DNA of 64,000 bases from an uncultured Methanosarcinales archaeon (GTDB lineage Archaea > Nanobdellota > Nanobdellia > Woesearchaeales > JACPBV01), in contig CAZNZT010000001.1 in NCBI GenBank assembly GCA_964577685.1, positions 47,978-111,977 of the forward strand. The letters run 5' to 3'. The position numbers and the translations under genes are program-made. The notes under the pieces were generated by a model, which did no database searches, was not told the origin of the DNA, and saw only the letters and a program-made list of their open reading frames with translations. Below, in pieces: positions 47,418 to 56,161 of the stretch. Within the stretch, counting starts at the first letter, position 1. The number at the start of each line of letters is the position of its first letter.

Positions 47418-48380
47418 TCATCTCAGATGCAGTTCAACTATATCATCGTCTTCAAGTTTGTGTTTTAAACCTACTCTTTGTGAGCTAAATTTAGCAGAAC
47501 TACCCCATATCCTTGCGAATCTGAACTTTTTTATAAAGTCCTTATGTATGTAAACAGCTAGGTCTTCTATCGTAGAGCCTTTTTTTAAACATAAAGGCTC
47601 ATCCTTTTTAACCTTCTTCCCAGGCTCTTTAGTATAAACCTTTATAAGATTCAGATGCTTCCATATCTTATCTTTCAAGTCTTCTATTTCATTAGTATCC
47701 AAGAATGAAATAGATATCTCATCAAAATCGGGATATCTTGTAGATTCCGGAATTTTGGTGTTAATCCCTTTTTTGTTTATTACAATCATGCCTCTTAAAC
47801 AGGTTATTGAACTATTACTTGCAGGTCTGTTTATAAGAATATTTGCTTTTTTTAACTCATCAAATAGAAAATCTAATTCTTGATCTTCAGTGACTATTAA
47901 AACTAAATCTGCTTGCCTTAGAACTGACAAAAACTGAGGTCCTTTTTCACTATCAGAGTAACCTTCAAATATGGCTGGAATTTCTATTACTTGTATTTTT
48001 AGTCCTTTGTACTTCATAATGCCTACTTCTGGTTTTTCTGTTGTAAATGGATAGTCTGCAACTTTAACTTTTGAATTAGTTAATTTATTTAATAAAAAGC
48101 TCTTACCAGAATTTGGTGGACCTATTAGGCATATTGTTGCTGCCCCTTCCTTCTTTATGGATACTCCTTTGCCCTTAGTCTTTTTCTCTGTTTCTTTAGC
48201 TTTTTTCTCCTTTAATTTTGCAAGTCTTTTTTTTATGTCTTGCCTTAGCTTTTCACATCCCTTATGGTCTGGACATTTAGAAAGCATATCCTTAAGTGCT
48301 AATATTTTCTCATCTATAGTCCTCGCTTTTTTATATTTTTCTTCAGCTGCTATATATTCTGCGGTTACATTTGTTGGCAT
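47418..48380 (-). CDS. DRG-family GTPase with C-terminal TGS domain
   Basis: 320 aa. 'ICLIGPPNSGKSFLLNKLTNSKVKVADYPFTTEKPEVG' (G1 plus the Obg/DRG 'YPFTT' motif). C-terminal TGS-like 'LCLKKGSTIEDLAVYIHKDF'. Confidence 0.7.
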   Translation of the reverse strand: MPTNVTAEYIAAEEKYKKARTIDEKILALKDMLSKCPDHKGCEKLRQDIKKRLAKLKEKKAKETEKKTKGKGVSIKKEGAATICLIGPPNSGKSFLLNKLTNSKVKVADYPFTTEKPEVGIMKYKGLKIQVIEIPAIFEGYSDSEKGPQFLSVLRQADLVLIVTEDQELDFLFDELKKANILINRPASNSSITCLRGMIVINKKGINTKIPESTRYPDFDEISISFLDTNEIEDLKDKIWKHLNLIKVYTKEPGKKVKKDEPLCLKKGSTIEDLAVYIHKDFIKKFRFARIWGSSAKFSSQRVGLKHKLEDDDIVELHLR

Positions 48381-48475
48381 TTTTTTAATATTATTTTTGA
48401 TAAATAATTTATAAAATTAACCGTTATTAGCAAAAAACCGAAGAGTTTAAATAAGCAAATTAATAAAAAGATGAT

Positions 48476-50326
48476 ATGATAGTCAAGCCAAAGGGAAGAT
48501 ACCTTATAGAGATATCTCAAGAGGTAATGAATCCTATCGGTGGAGTGTACACTGTCATAAGGTCTAAAGTTAAAGAGATGGTTAGATACTATGGTAAAAA
48601 CTACTTTTTGATAGGTCCTTGTTCCTCATTGTATCCAGTAGAATTTAAGGAAGAAAAGCCACCTAGAGATATCAAGGCTGTTTTTGATGGGTTATCAAGA
48701 CTAGGGATTATATGTTATTATGGGAGATGGATTGTTGAAGGTAGACCACAGGTGTTTCTGGTTGATTCTTCCAAACGAATAAATGAGTTAAATGAAATAA
48801 AAGACAATTTAACAAAAAAATATAATATTGACTTTAGATTATCAAATAATGAGAAAACAAACAAAGAAATAGACGAGCTTATTGTTTGGGGAGATTCAAC
48901 AACAATCTTAATTGAAAAATTAATACAATTGAATAGATTCAAAAATAAGATAGGTGTAATCCACCTTCATAATTCAGGTATTCCCGTTCTACCTTTAATT
49001 GCCAAGTTAAGAGACAAAAATGCGAAAGTTGGTTTAGTACTAACCTTACATGCTACCAGCCTTGGGAGAAAGATACTCATGAATAAAGAAAACCTTTACT
49101 CTGAGATAAAAAAAGGACTCAAAAATAAATGTGAGGTAAGTAAAAATAGAGTATCTCTTTACGGACAACCAAGCATATTTCTTCATCAATTAGAAAAACT
49201 AGGTGCTAAAAGAGCTGATGTTGTAACTGCCGTTAGTGGATTAACATCAAAAGAAGCAAGATATATTCTTGGTAGGGAGGCTGATGTTGTAACGCCGAAT
49301 GGTGTTGACCTTAGTTTTTTTCCTACTCTTGAAGATAGAGCCATAATCCACAGTATTTCAAAAGAAAAAATACATAAATTCCTAAATGCTTATTTTTTAC
49401 CATATTATCCAGTTGATGTCAAGGATTCATTATTGTTTTTTAGTTCTGGAAGATATGAATTGATAACAAAGGGATATGAGATTTTTCTTGAGGCGTTAGG
49501 AAAACTCAATAATATTCTAAAGAAAAAAAATAGTAAGAAGAATATATTCGTTTTTTTGTTTATTATGAAAAAAAACAAAGAACCAAAAGAAGAAGTGATA
49601 AGAAATCTTTCTTTATATTGGACTATTGAACAAGAGGTTAATAAGGAGATGCTATATATAAAGAACAAAGTAATGGGGGCGTTAATCCATGGTTATGATT
49701 TAAAATATAAGCATATATTTGATGATGCATTCTTGATAAATACAAAAAAGATTATCCAAAAACTATTCAATAAAAAAAATAAATTACCACCTGTCTGCGC
49801 CCATAGGGGATTGGATAAAGGGGATTCTTTATTGGAGTTGTTGAAAAAAAACAAACTTGAAAACAAAAAGAGTGATAAGGTCAAAGTTATATTTTATCCT
49901 GCTCCGGTTTCTGTATCTGATGGTCTATTGTCAATGGACTATTTTTCCGTTATTTCTGGTATGCAACTTGGGGTATTTCCTTCGCTATATGAACCATGGG
50001 GATATACAGCACTAGAAACTGCCCTGCACGGTGTTATGGGTATTACAACAGACGCAGCAGGATTTGGAAGGTTTATTCAGAAGATAAACAAAGGAAAAAA
50101 AGAAGGAGTGTTTGTATTAAAAGTGCTAAATAGAAAAGAAAAAGATATTACTAATGAATTAGTTAAAATGATGTACAAGATAACAAAGCTTTCTAGAGAG
50201 GAAAGGATAAAAAATAAGATAAAGGCATATGAGCTTGCTACTCTTACAGATTGGAAGAGATTTGCTAAATATTATATAAGGGCGCATAATTTGGCAATTG
50301 AAAGATGCAAAAAAAGATTACATTAA
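48476..50326 (+). CDS. GT3-type glycogen(starch)-synthase-like glycosyltransferase, paralog A
   Basis: 616 aa. 'YLIEISQEVMNPIGGVYTVIRSKVKEM' matches the GT3 'EVANKVGGIYTV' N-terminal signature. 'FPSLYEPWGYTALE' matches the GT-B catalytic E. Confidence 0.6.
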   Translation: MIVKPKGRYLIEISQEVMNPIGGVYTVIRSKVKEMVRYYGKNYFLIGPCSSLYPVEFKEEKPPRDIKAVFDGLSRLGIICYYGRWIVEGRPQVFLVDSSKRINELNEIKDNLTKKYNIDFRLSNNEKTNKEIDELIVWGDSTTILIEKLIQLNRFKNKIGVIHLHNSGIPVLPLIAKLRDKNAKVGLVLTLHATSLGRKILMNKENLYSEIKKGLKNKCEVSKNRVSLYGQPSIFLHQLEKLGAKRADVVTAVSGLTSKEARYILGREADVVTPNGVDLSFFPTLEDRAIIHSISKEKIHKFLNAYFLPYYPVDVKDSLLFFSSGRYELITKGYEIFLEALGKLNNILKKKNSKKNIFVFLFIMKKNKEPKEEVIRNLSLYWTIEQEVNKEMLYIKNKVMGALIHGYDLKYKHIFDDAFLINTKKIIQKLFNKKNKLPPVCAHRGLDKGDSLLELLKKNKLENKKSDKVKVIFYPAPVSVSDGLLSMDYFSVISGMQLGVFPSLYEPWGYTALETALHGVMGITTDAAGFGRFIQKINKGKKEGVFVLKVLNRKEKDITNELVKMMYKITKLSREERIKNKIKAYELATLTDWKRFAKYYIRAHNLAIERCKKRLH

Positions 50327-50382
50327 CCATATTCTTAAATCGGCGAAAGTCTTATAAAGACAAATAAATACATAGCAGATGT

Positions 50383-51381
50383 GTGGAAATGAATGTCGAA
50401 GAATGGTTTAATAAATATAAGTTCAAATGTCAAAGTTTTTCAAATATAAAAAGACTAGTTGAACTTAAAAATAAACAAAAGTTGAAGATAAGTTTGTGTA
50501 TTCCTACCTATAACGAAGAGGCAACTATAGAGAAGATTGTTAGTATTATAAAATCAAAGTTTATAGACAGATATAAACTATTAGATGAGCTTGCAGTTAT
50601 AGATTCTGGCTCTAGTGACAAAACAAGAGAATTAGCAAAAAGGGCTGGTGCTGATGTTTATCTTGCATCTGAAATCCTAAAAAAAGAGGGGCATCACAGA
50701 GGTAAAGGTGAAAACCTATGGAAGGCTCTTTATGTGCTTAGTGGAGATATAATATGTTGGATTGACGGAGACATAAAAAATATACATCCTAGGTTTGTCT
50801 ATGGTTTAGTCGGTCCATTGCTTACACATCCAAAGATTGGATTTGTAAAACCATTCTATAAAAGACCCCTTAAGATAGGAGACAGACTACAACCGCTTGG
50901 GGGAGGCAGAGTAACTGAATTAACGATAAGACCTTTATTCAATCTCTTTTTTCCTAGGCTAAGCGGATTTATACAACCACTTAGTGGGGAAGGAGCCGGG
51001 AGGAGAAGCATTCTTGAAAGAATCCCGTACTTCACTGGCTATGGCGTTGAAACTGGAATGTTGATTGATATAGTAAAAAAATTCGGTTTAAGATCAATAG
51101 CTCAAGTAGATTTACTAACTAGGGTACACAGGAATCAAGAGCTTTCTAGCCTAAGCAATATGGCTTTTGCTATTTTACAGGTTTTTTCAAAGAGGGCAAA
51201 TACACTTGGAAAACTTGTTCTTGTTAGAGGGATAAGAAAGAAATACAGAATAATTGAAAGAAGGAATGGGGAATATATCTTAAAGAAAAAGATTATATCT
51301 GAAGTGCAGAGACCACCGATGATAACTTTAAAACAATACAGAAAAAAATTCAAAAAAGATCCAGTATGGTTATATGTATAG
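50383..51381 (+). CDS. GT2/GT81-like glucosyl- or mannosyl-3-phosphoglycerate synthase candidate
   Basis: 332 aa, 'ISLCIPTYNEEATIEKIV...LAVIDSGSSDKTRELAKRAGADVY...WIDGDI' (DxD). Pairing with an MpgP-like phosphatase supports the call. Confidence 0.5.
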   Translation: MEMNVEEWFNKYKFKCQSFSNIKRLVELKNKQKLKISLCIPTYNEEATIEKIVSIIKSKFIDRYKLLDELAVIDSGSSDKTRELAKRAGADVYLASEILKKEGHHRGKGENLWKALYVLSGDIICWIDGDIKNIHPRFVYGLVGPLLTHPKIGFVKPFYKRPLKIGDRLQPLGGGRVTELTIRPLFNLFFPRLSGFIQPLSGEGAGRRSILERIPYFTGYGVETGMLIDIVKKFGLRSIAQVDLLTRVHRNQELSSLSNMAFAILQVFSKRANTLGKLVLVRGIRKKYRIIERRNGEYILKKKIISEVQRPPMITLKQYRKKFKKDPVWLYV

Positions 51382-52180
51382 AAAATTTGTTATTTTTACA
51401 GATGTAGATGGGACTTTAATAGACTCAGAAAGATATTCCTGGAAGGATGCTAGTCAGGCGGTTTCGTTAATAAGGAAAAGAAAGATTCCTTTAGTGTTAT
51501 GTTCAAGTAAAACAAAGAGAGAAATAGAGGTTCTGAGAAAAGAGATAAAAAATAAAAACCCATTTATAGTAGAGAATGGAAGTGCTATATTTATTCCAAA
51601 AAACTATTTTGATTTTGACTTCGATTATAGTTACAAAAAAGGAAGATATTATGTTATTCAACTGGGAGAGAAGTACAATAGAATAATAAAAGCATTATGG
51701 AAAATAAAGAAACTAAAAGGGATAAAGGTAAGTGGTTTTAAGGATATGTCTGTTAAGGATTTAAGCAAAGATTGTGGGTTGACTATAAAAAAAGCTCGTT
51801 TGGCCAAGAAAAGAGAATTTAGTGAACCTTTTATATTGAAAAGAGGAAATATAGAGGATATAAAAAAAGCTATGAATAAGATGGGATTAACATATATGAA
51901 AGGCAGAAGGTATCATTATATAATGGGGGATTGTGATAAAGGGGAAGCAACAAAAATACTTATAGGCCTTTTTAAAAGAAAGTATAAAAACATTGTTTCT
52001 GTTGCCTTAGGAGATAGTTTTAGTGACCTACCTATGCTAAAAAGCACAGATATAGCGATTATAGTTAAGATGCAAAAAGATAAGTATGATAGTAAATTAC
52101 TGAAATATGGTTTTTTAAAAAAAGCGAAAGGAATAGGTCCAAAGGGATGGAATTCGACTATTCTTGATTTAATTAAATAG
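51374..52180 (+). CDS. Mannosyl/glucosyl-3-phosphoglycerate phosphatase (HAD-IIB, YedP/MpgP family)
   Basis: 268 aa, 'VIFTDVDGTLIDSERYSWKDASQAVSLIRKRKIPLVLCSSKTKREIE' closely matches the MpgP N-terminus. Overlaps the synthase by 8 nt. Confidence 0.6.
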   Translation: MYRKFVIFTDVDGTLIDSERYSWKDASQAVSLIRKRKIPLVLCSSKTKREIEVLRKEIKNKNPFIVENGSAIFIPKNYFDFDFDYSYKKGRYYVIQLGEKYNRIIKALWKIKKLKGIKVSGFKDMSVKDLSKDCGLTIKKARLAKKREFSEPFILKRGNIEDIKKAMNKMGLTYMKGRRYHYIMGDCDKGEATKILIGLFKRKYKNIVSVALGDSFSDLPMLKSTDIAIIVKMQKDKYDSKLLKYGFLKKAKGIGPKGWNSTILDLIK

Positions 52181-52189
52181 CAGGTCATT

Positions 52190-53902
52190 ATGAAAAAAAT
52201 AAAAGCAAAGGCAGATTTCCTGATTGAAGTATCCTATGAGATAGTTAAACAACTCGGTGGAATTCATACTGTTATTAAAACAAAAGCACCTTTTATAAAG
52301 AAATATTATGGAGAAAATTACCTAGTCATTGGGGTTTATACTAAAGAAGGGATTAAAAAAAGATTTAAAGCGAGAAAACCAAGTAAGGAGATAAGAAAAC
52401 TTTTTTTGGAATTAAAAAATGAGAAGATACTAGCGCGCTATGGTACTTGGCTTGTAAAGTCTAATCCAAAGGCGATTCTTATTGATACTAGAAAATTAAG
52501 AAAAGACAAAAAAATAAAGAGTATTATAAAAAAGGAATATGGCATTGGACTTTCTAGTAAGGACTATTATCAAAGAGATTCCTTTCTTTTCGGATATGCT
52601 GCCGGGAGATTGATATATGAATTAAGAAAACTAAATTTTCTTAAGAACAAAAAGATAGTCGTTAATGCTCACGAATATATGAGTGGTCTATGTTTATTAT
52701 ATTTAAGAAAACATAAAGCAAATTTGCCATTGGTTTTTACAACCCATGCTACTGTTCTTGGAAGAACTATTAGTTATAAGGGTGAAAATATACAAAAGAC
52801 GATACTAAGACTAAGCAAAAAAGGAAAACATGAGCATGAAAAAAAAGTTAAGGAATATATAAAAAAGATAAACAAAATAACATATACGAAGCATTTAGTT
52901 GAGAAAGCTTGTTCAAAAAAAGCTGATGTTTTTACTACGGTTAGCGAAACAACATCAAAGGAAGCGGCTTTTTTGTTAGGAAAAAAAGCAGACATCATAA
53001 CACCGAATGGATTAGAAATTATAAAACATCCTAGTATAGATGAACAGCTGGCAATAAACTACAAATCAAAACAAAAAATTTATAGATTCCTTGAAGCATA
53101 TTTTTATCCGTATTATTGGATAAACACAAAAGACTCCTTATTATTTTATACCTCTGGGAGAAACGAGATATATACGAAAGGATATGACCTATTTTTTGAG
53201 GCTTTGAACAAACTAAACTCAAGACTAAAAAGAGAGAAGTATGAAGGAAACATATTTGTATTCTTATTTATAATGATCAGAAAAAAAAGAATAAAGAAAA
53301 TCATTAAGAAAACATTATATGCTTACAGAAAGAACAAAAAGCTATTAAAAAAGATAAAACTTACTAAAAATCCTCCAAACTGTGCATTTGATACTAGAGG
53401 TGATAATACTGTTTTGATGTATCTTAAAAAAAATAAACTTGAAAACAAAAAGAGTGATAAGGTCAAAGTTATATTTTATCCGGCACCTGTGGAGGAGAAT
53501 GATGGATTACTTTCAATGAGTTACAAAGAGATAATCTCTGGAATGGACTTAGGCATTTTCCCGTCTCTATATGAACCATGGGGGTACACCCCGCTTGAAT
53601 CTGCTGCTATGAGTACAATCACCATAACAACAGACATAGCAGGATTTGGAAGGTTCATAAAGGAAAAAAGTGATCAAAGAAAAAGACAGGGAATAATTGT
53701 TTTAAGGACCAAGAGAAAAACTAGATTGGAGATTATTGAAAATTTGGCTAAGACAATGCAGGAAATTGTTAATATGCCAAAAGAAAAAAGGCTAAAAATG
53801 AGGATTGATGCCAATAAACTATCAGGCTTCGCAAATTGGGAGGAGTTCTCTAAGAATTATATAAAAGCCCATAACCTTGCTCTTGAGAAACATAAGAAAT
53901 AA
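52190..53902 (+). CDS. GT3-type glycogen-synthase-like glycosyltransferase, paralog B
   Basis: 570 aa, 'FLIEVSYEIVKQLGGIHTVIKTKAP', 'FPSLYEPWGYTPLE'. Shares an identical 23-aa / 47-nt patch with paralog A. Confidence 0.6.
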   Translation: MKKIKAKADFLIEVSYEIVKQLGGIHTVIKTKAPFIKKYYGENYLVIGVYTKEGIKKRFKARKPSKEIRKLFLELKNEKILARYGTWLVKSNPKAILIDTRKLRKDKKIKSIIKKEYGIGLSSKDYYQRDSFLFGYAAGRLIYELRKLNFLKNKKIVVNAHEYMSGLCLLYLRKHKANLPLVFTTHATVLGRTISYKGENIQKTILRLSKKGKHEHEKKVKEYIKKINKITYTKHLVEKACSKKADVFTTVSETTSKEAAFLLGKKADIITPNGLEIIKHPSIDEQLAINYKSKQKIYRFLEAYFYPYYWINTKDSLLFYTSGRNEIYTKGYDLFFEALNKLNSRLKREKYEGNIFVFLFIMIRKKRIKKIIKKTLYAYRKNKKLLKKIKLTKNPPNCAFDTRGDNTVLMYLKKNKLENKKSDKVKVIFYPAPVEENDGLLSMSYKEIISGMDLGIFPSLYEPWGYTPLESAAMSTITITTDIAGFGRFIKEKSDQRKRQGIIVLRTKRKTRLEIIENLAKTMQEIVNMPKEKRLKMRIDANKLSGFANWEEFSKNYIKAHNLALEKHKK

Positions 53903-53908
53903 TTTTTG

Positions 53909-54679
53909 TTATATTCTCCTACAAAAGGTTAAAAAACCTGTGTGTACTGTCTGTGTAGTAACAGGTCTTACCCTTCTTTCTTCTACTTCCCAATCCCTTT
54001 TAATTATTTCAAGAGTTCTTAGATGAATAAAAGAACTGCTATTATTTACGACTCTAACAAAATCCATTACTTGAGGTATTGTTGGGGAATAAGACACAAG
54101 AAAACCCCCTATTTTAAGTGCTTTCCCCACACTTTTTAGGGCGTTCCAAGGGGAGGGTAGGTCCAAGACAACGAGATCAACATCCTTTTCGTCTATGCCT
54201 TTGAATACATCCTTTTTTTTCACTTTTATGTTTTTTAATCCTAAAAATCTTATATTATCCTTAACAAGTTTATAAAAATCATCTCTTATCTCATAGGTTA
54301 CTACCTCTTTACAGATATTAGCTAGAAAACATGCTAGAGCTCCTGAGCCAGCACCAGCATCAACCACCTTGCTGTTCTTATTAACTCCTGTAAATGCAAT
54401 GATAATGCCTATGTCCTTTAAAGATACAATTTGTGCTCCTCTTTTTATCCTCATATAATCATCAACAAAGCTTGGGGATATAAGGATGAACTCTTTTTTT
54501 ATGTTACTAAGAATTCTAGAACCATCCTTCCTCTTTAAATCGCTTTTTTTTATCACACCATCAGAACAATGATAATCTTTAGAGATATCATTTACATAGT
54601 ATGTCTTTATCTTTGTTGATTTAAACTTATTACTTAATTTCTCTTTATTACTTTCTTTTCTGACTAATATTTTTGGCAT
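53909..54679 (-). CDS. trmI: tRNA (adenine57/58-N1)-methyltransferase TrmI
   Basis: 256 aa, 'GAQIVSLKDIGIIIAFTGVNKNSKVVDAGAGSGALACFLA'. Confidence 0.7.
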   Translation of the reverse strand: MPKILVRKESNKEKLSNKFKSTKIKTYYVNDISKDYHCSDGVIKKSDLKRKDGSRILSNIKKEFILISPSFVDDYMRIKRGAQIVSLKDIGIIIAFTGVNKNSKVVDAGAGSGALACFLANICKEVVTYEIRDDFYKLVKDNIRFLGLKNIKVKKKDVFKGIDEKDVDLVVLDLPSPWNALKSVGKALKIGGFLVSYSPTIPQVMDFVRVVNNSSSFIHLRTLEIIKRDWEVEERRVRPVTTQTVHTGFLTFCRRI

Positions 54680-54693
54680 TGTAATGAATTAAA

Positions 54694-54830
54694 TGGGCCT
54701 AGGAGGATTCGAACCCCCGACCTTAAGCCAATCTAGGTTCTCACCTAAGATTTTCAGCTGACCTCCTATTTAATAGAAGGCTGCCGCTCTTTTTGGCAAA
54801 CCCATTGTGTCCAAACTGAGCTATAGGCCC
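54694..54830 (-). tRNA. Intron-containing tRNA gene (137-nt precursor). Probable tRNA-Arg with anticodon UCU. Three non-exonic inserts are inferred.
   Basis: The minus-strand read is GGGCCTA-TA-GCTC-AGTTTGG[20 nt]A-GAGC-G-GCAGC-CTTCTA[14 nt]A-GCTGA-[35 nt including about 30 extra]-GGGGG-TTCGAAT-CCTCC-TAGGCCC-A. The acceptor stem is a perfect 7 bp and the T-arm is canonical. Exons sum to 73 nt. Confidence 0.6.
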
Positions 54831-54890
54831 ATTTAATTTCGATTGATCTAAATTTGAATGATTTATTATTTTGAAGAAAAAGATTTTTAT

Positions 54891-55034
54891 TTATAAATTT
54901 TGTTGTAGATCCAGATCCTCAACTTTCTCAACCCTCTGTGTGCATTCTTTCTTGAGGTCCCAGTAAACCCAGCAGTTCTTTCCAAATTTCTCCCATTTTA
55001 TACATCCTTTGCAGCACTCTGGAATCTTTGCCAT
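54891..55034 (-). CDS. Small Cys-rich protein (47 aa), absent from the ORF track because of the length cutoff
   Basis: Translated by hand: MAKIPECCKGCIKWEKFGKNCWVYWDLKKECTQRVEKVEDLDLQQNL. Six Cys in a CC..GC / C / C arrangement. Same strand as the top6BA genes and the tRNA. Confidence 0.4.
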   Translation of the reverse strand: MAKIPECCKGCIKWEKFGKNCWVYWDLKKECTQRVEKVEDLDLQQNL

Positions 55035-55069
55035 TGTATACTAAAGGAAAATCAATTACTATAAAAACT

Positions 55070-56158
55070 TTATGGCAACCAAGTCTTTGGGTTTTTTAAT
55101 TTTTGAGGCAAATATTTCTCAATAACATAGTTTAATCCCCATTTAGCTAGGGCTTGCTGCTCTGCTCTTACTTTCATTTGCGTTATTAGTTTTATTGCTC
55201 TTTTCCATTCTTTATAGTGATGCACAAAAGGGTCATTCTTTAAGGCATCTTTTGCCCTCTTGATATCAACATCCTTCAATGGATGTGTTGGAAGCTTGTA
55301 ATCAACAATATCCTGGGGTGTCACTCCAATAAACCTTGCTTTTGGCACACAAAAATATTTGTTTATATGTGCTGCATTTCCAGAGCCAACCTTAAGTGTC
55401 CTATAAATATTAAAGTATCCATATGGATCACCGTCAGTGAAAACATAGACCGGAAGTTTCTTTTCATCACTAAGTTTTCTTATGAATCTCCTACATGCTC
55501 TTGTAGGAACCCCACCCATACTAACCAATATACAATTTGCCTTTTTCCAATATTTATGTTTTACAAGTCTCTGAAACATACCTGCTGTTTCTATGGCTAA
55601 TATAAATTTCGCTTTTGTCTCAAACTTTAGATGTTCTACAGAAATAGGAATAGAGTAGGCACCAGAACCAAATTTAGTACAATCTATCCTTATTGGCTTC
55701 TTTGTCTCTGGGTCCCTATCAATAACAACCAATTTACCAGCTACTTCTCCTCCTTTCTCTTCTGGAATGAACCCCAATTGCTCCCTATTAACCATCATCA
55801 TGGCTTCTACATCATCAATTATAGAATCAGAATCTTGTTGCGTCTTAAACATCGCTTCTCCCCAATTCTTTGAAACATAATAGGCTTCTCTTTTTGTTGC
55901 TAGGTCATCCTCCTGGATTAGCTCCTTCGAGAGAGCCATCATCCGAAGTGTTTGGGCAAATGTTTTTATAGTGGAGACAGTCAGAGTTCTATTCTTCTTT
56001 TTCCCCAATATCTCAAAGTAACCCTCTTTTTCATCATATTTAACATTTGAGAGGCTTCTCAAAGGTAGTTCTAATTCAGGTGTCTTTTTTTTGATTATGC
56101 TTTTGTAAATACTAGTTGCTTTTTCTTTTAGGGCTTTAAGCACATTAGTTTTTGTCAT
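55070..56158 (-). CDS. top6A: DNA topoisomerase VI subunit A (Spo11-like)
   Basis: 362 aa, 'SKNWGEAMFKTQQDSDSIIDD', Toprim 'FTDGDPYG'. Confidence 0.8.
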   Translation of the reverse strand: MTKTNVLKALKEKATSIYKSIIKKKTPELELPLRSLSNVKYDEKEGYFEILGKKKNRTLTVSTIKTFAQTLRMMALSKELIQEDDLATKREAYYVSKNWGEAMFKTQQDSDSIIDDVEAMMMVNREQLGFIPEEKGGEVAGKLVVIDRDPETKKPIRIDCTKFGSGAYSIPISVEHLKFETKAKFILAIETAGMFQRLVKHKYWKKANCILVSMGGVPTRACRRFIRKLSDEKKLPVYVFTDGDPYGYFNIYRTLKVGSGNAAHINKYFCVPKARFIGVTPQDIVDYKLPTHPLKDVDIKRAKDALKNDPFVHHYKEWKRAIKLITQMKVRAEQQALAKWGLNYVIEKYLPQKLKNPKTWLP

Positions 56159-56161
56159 TTT

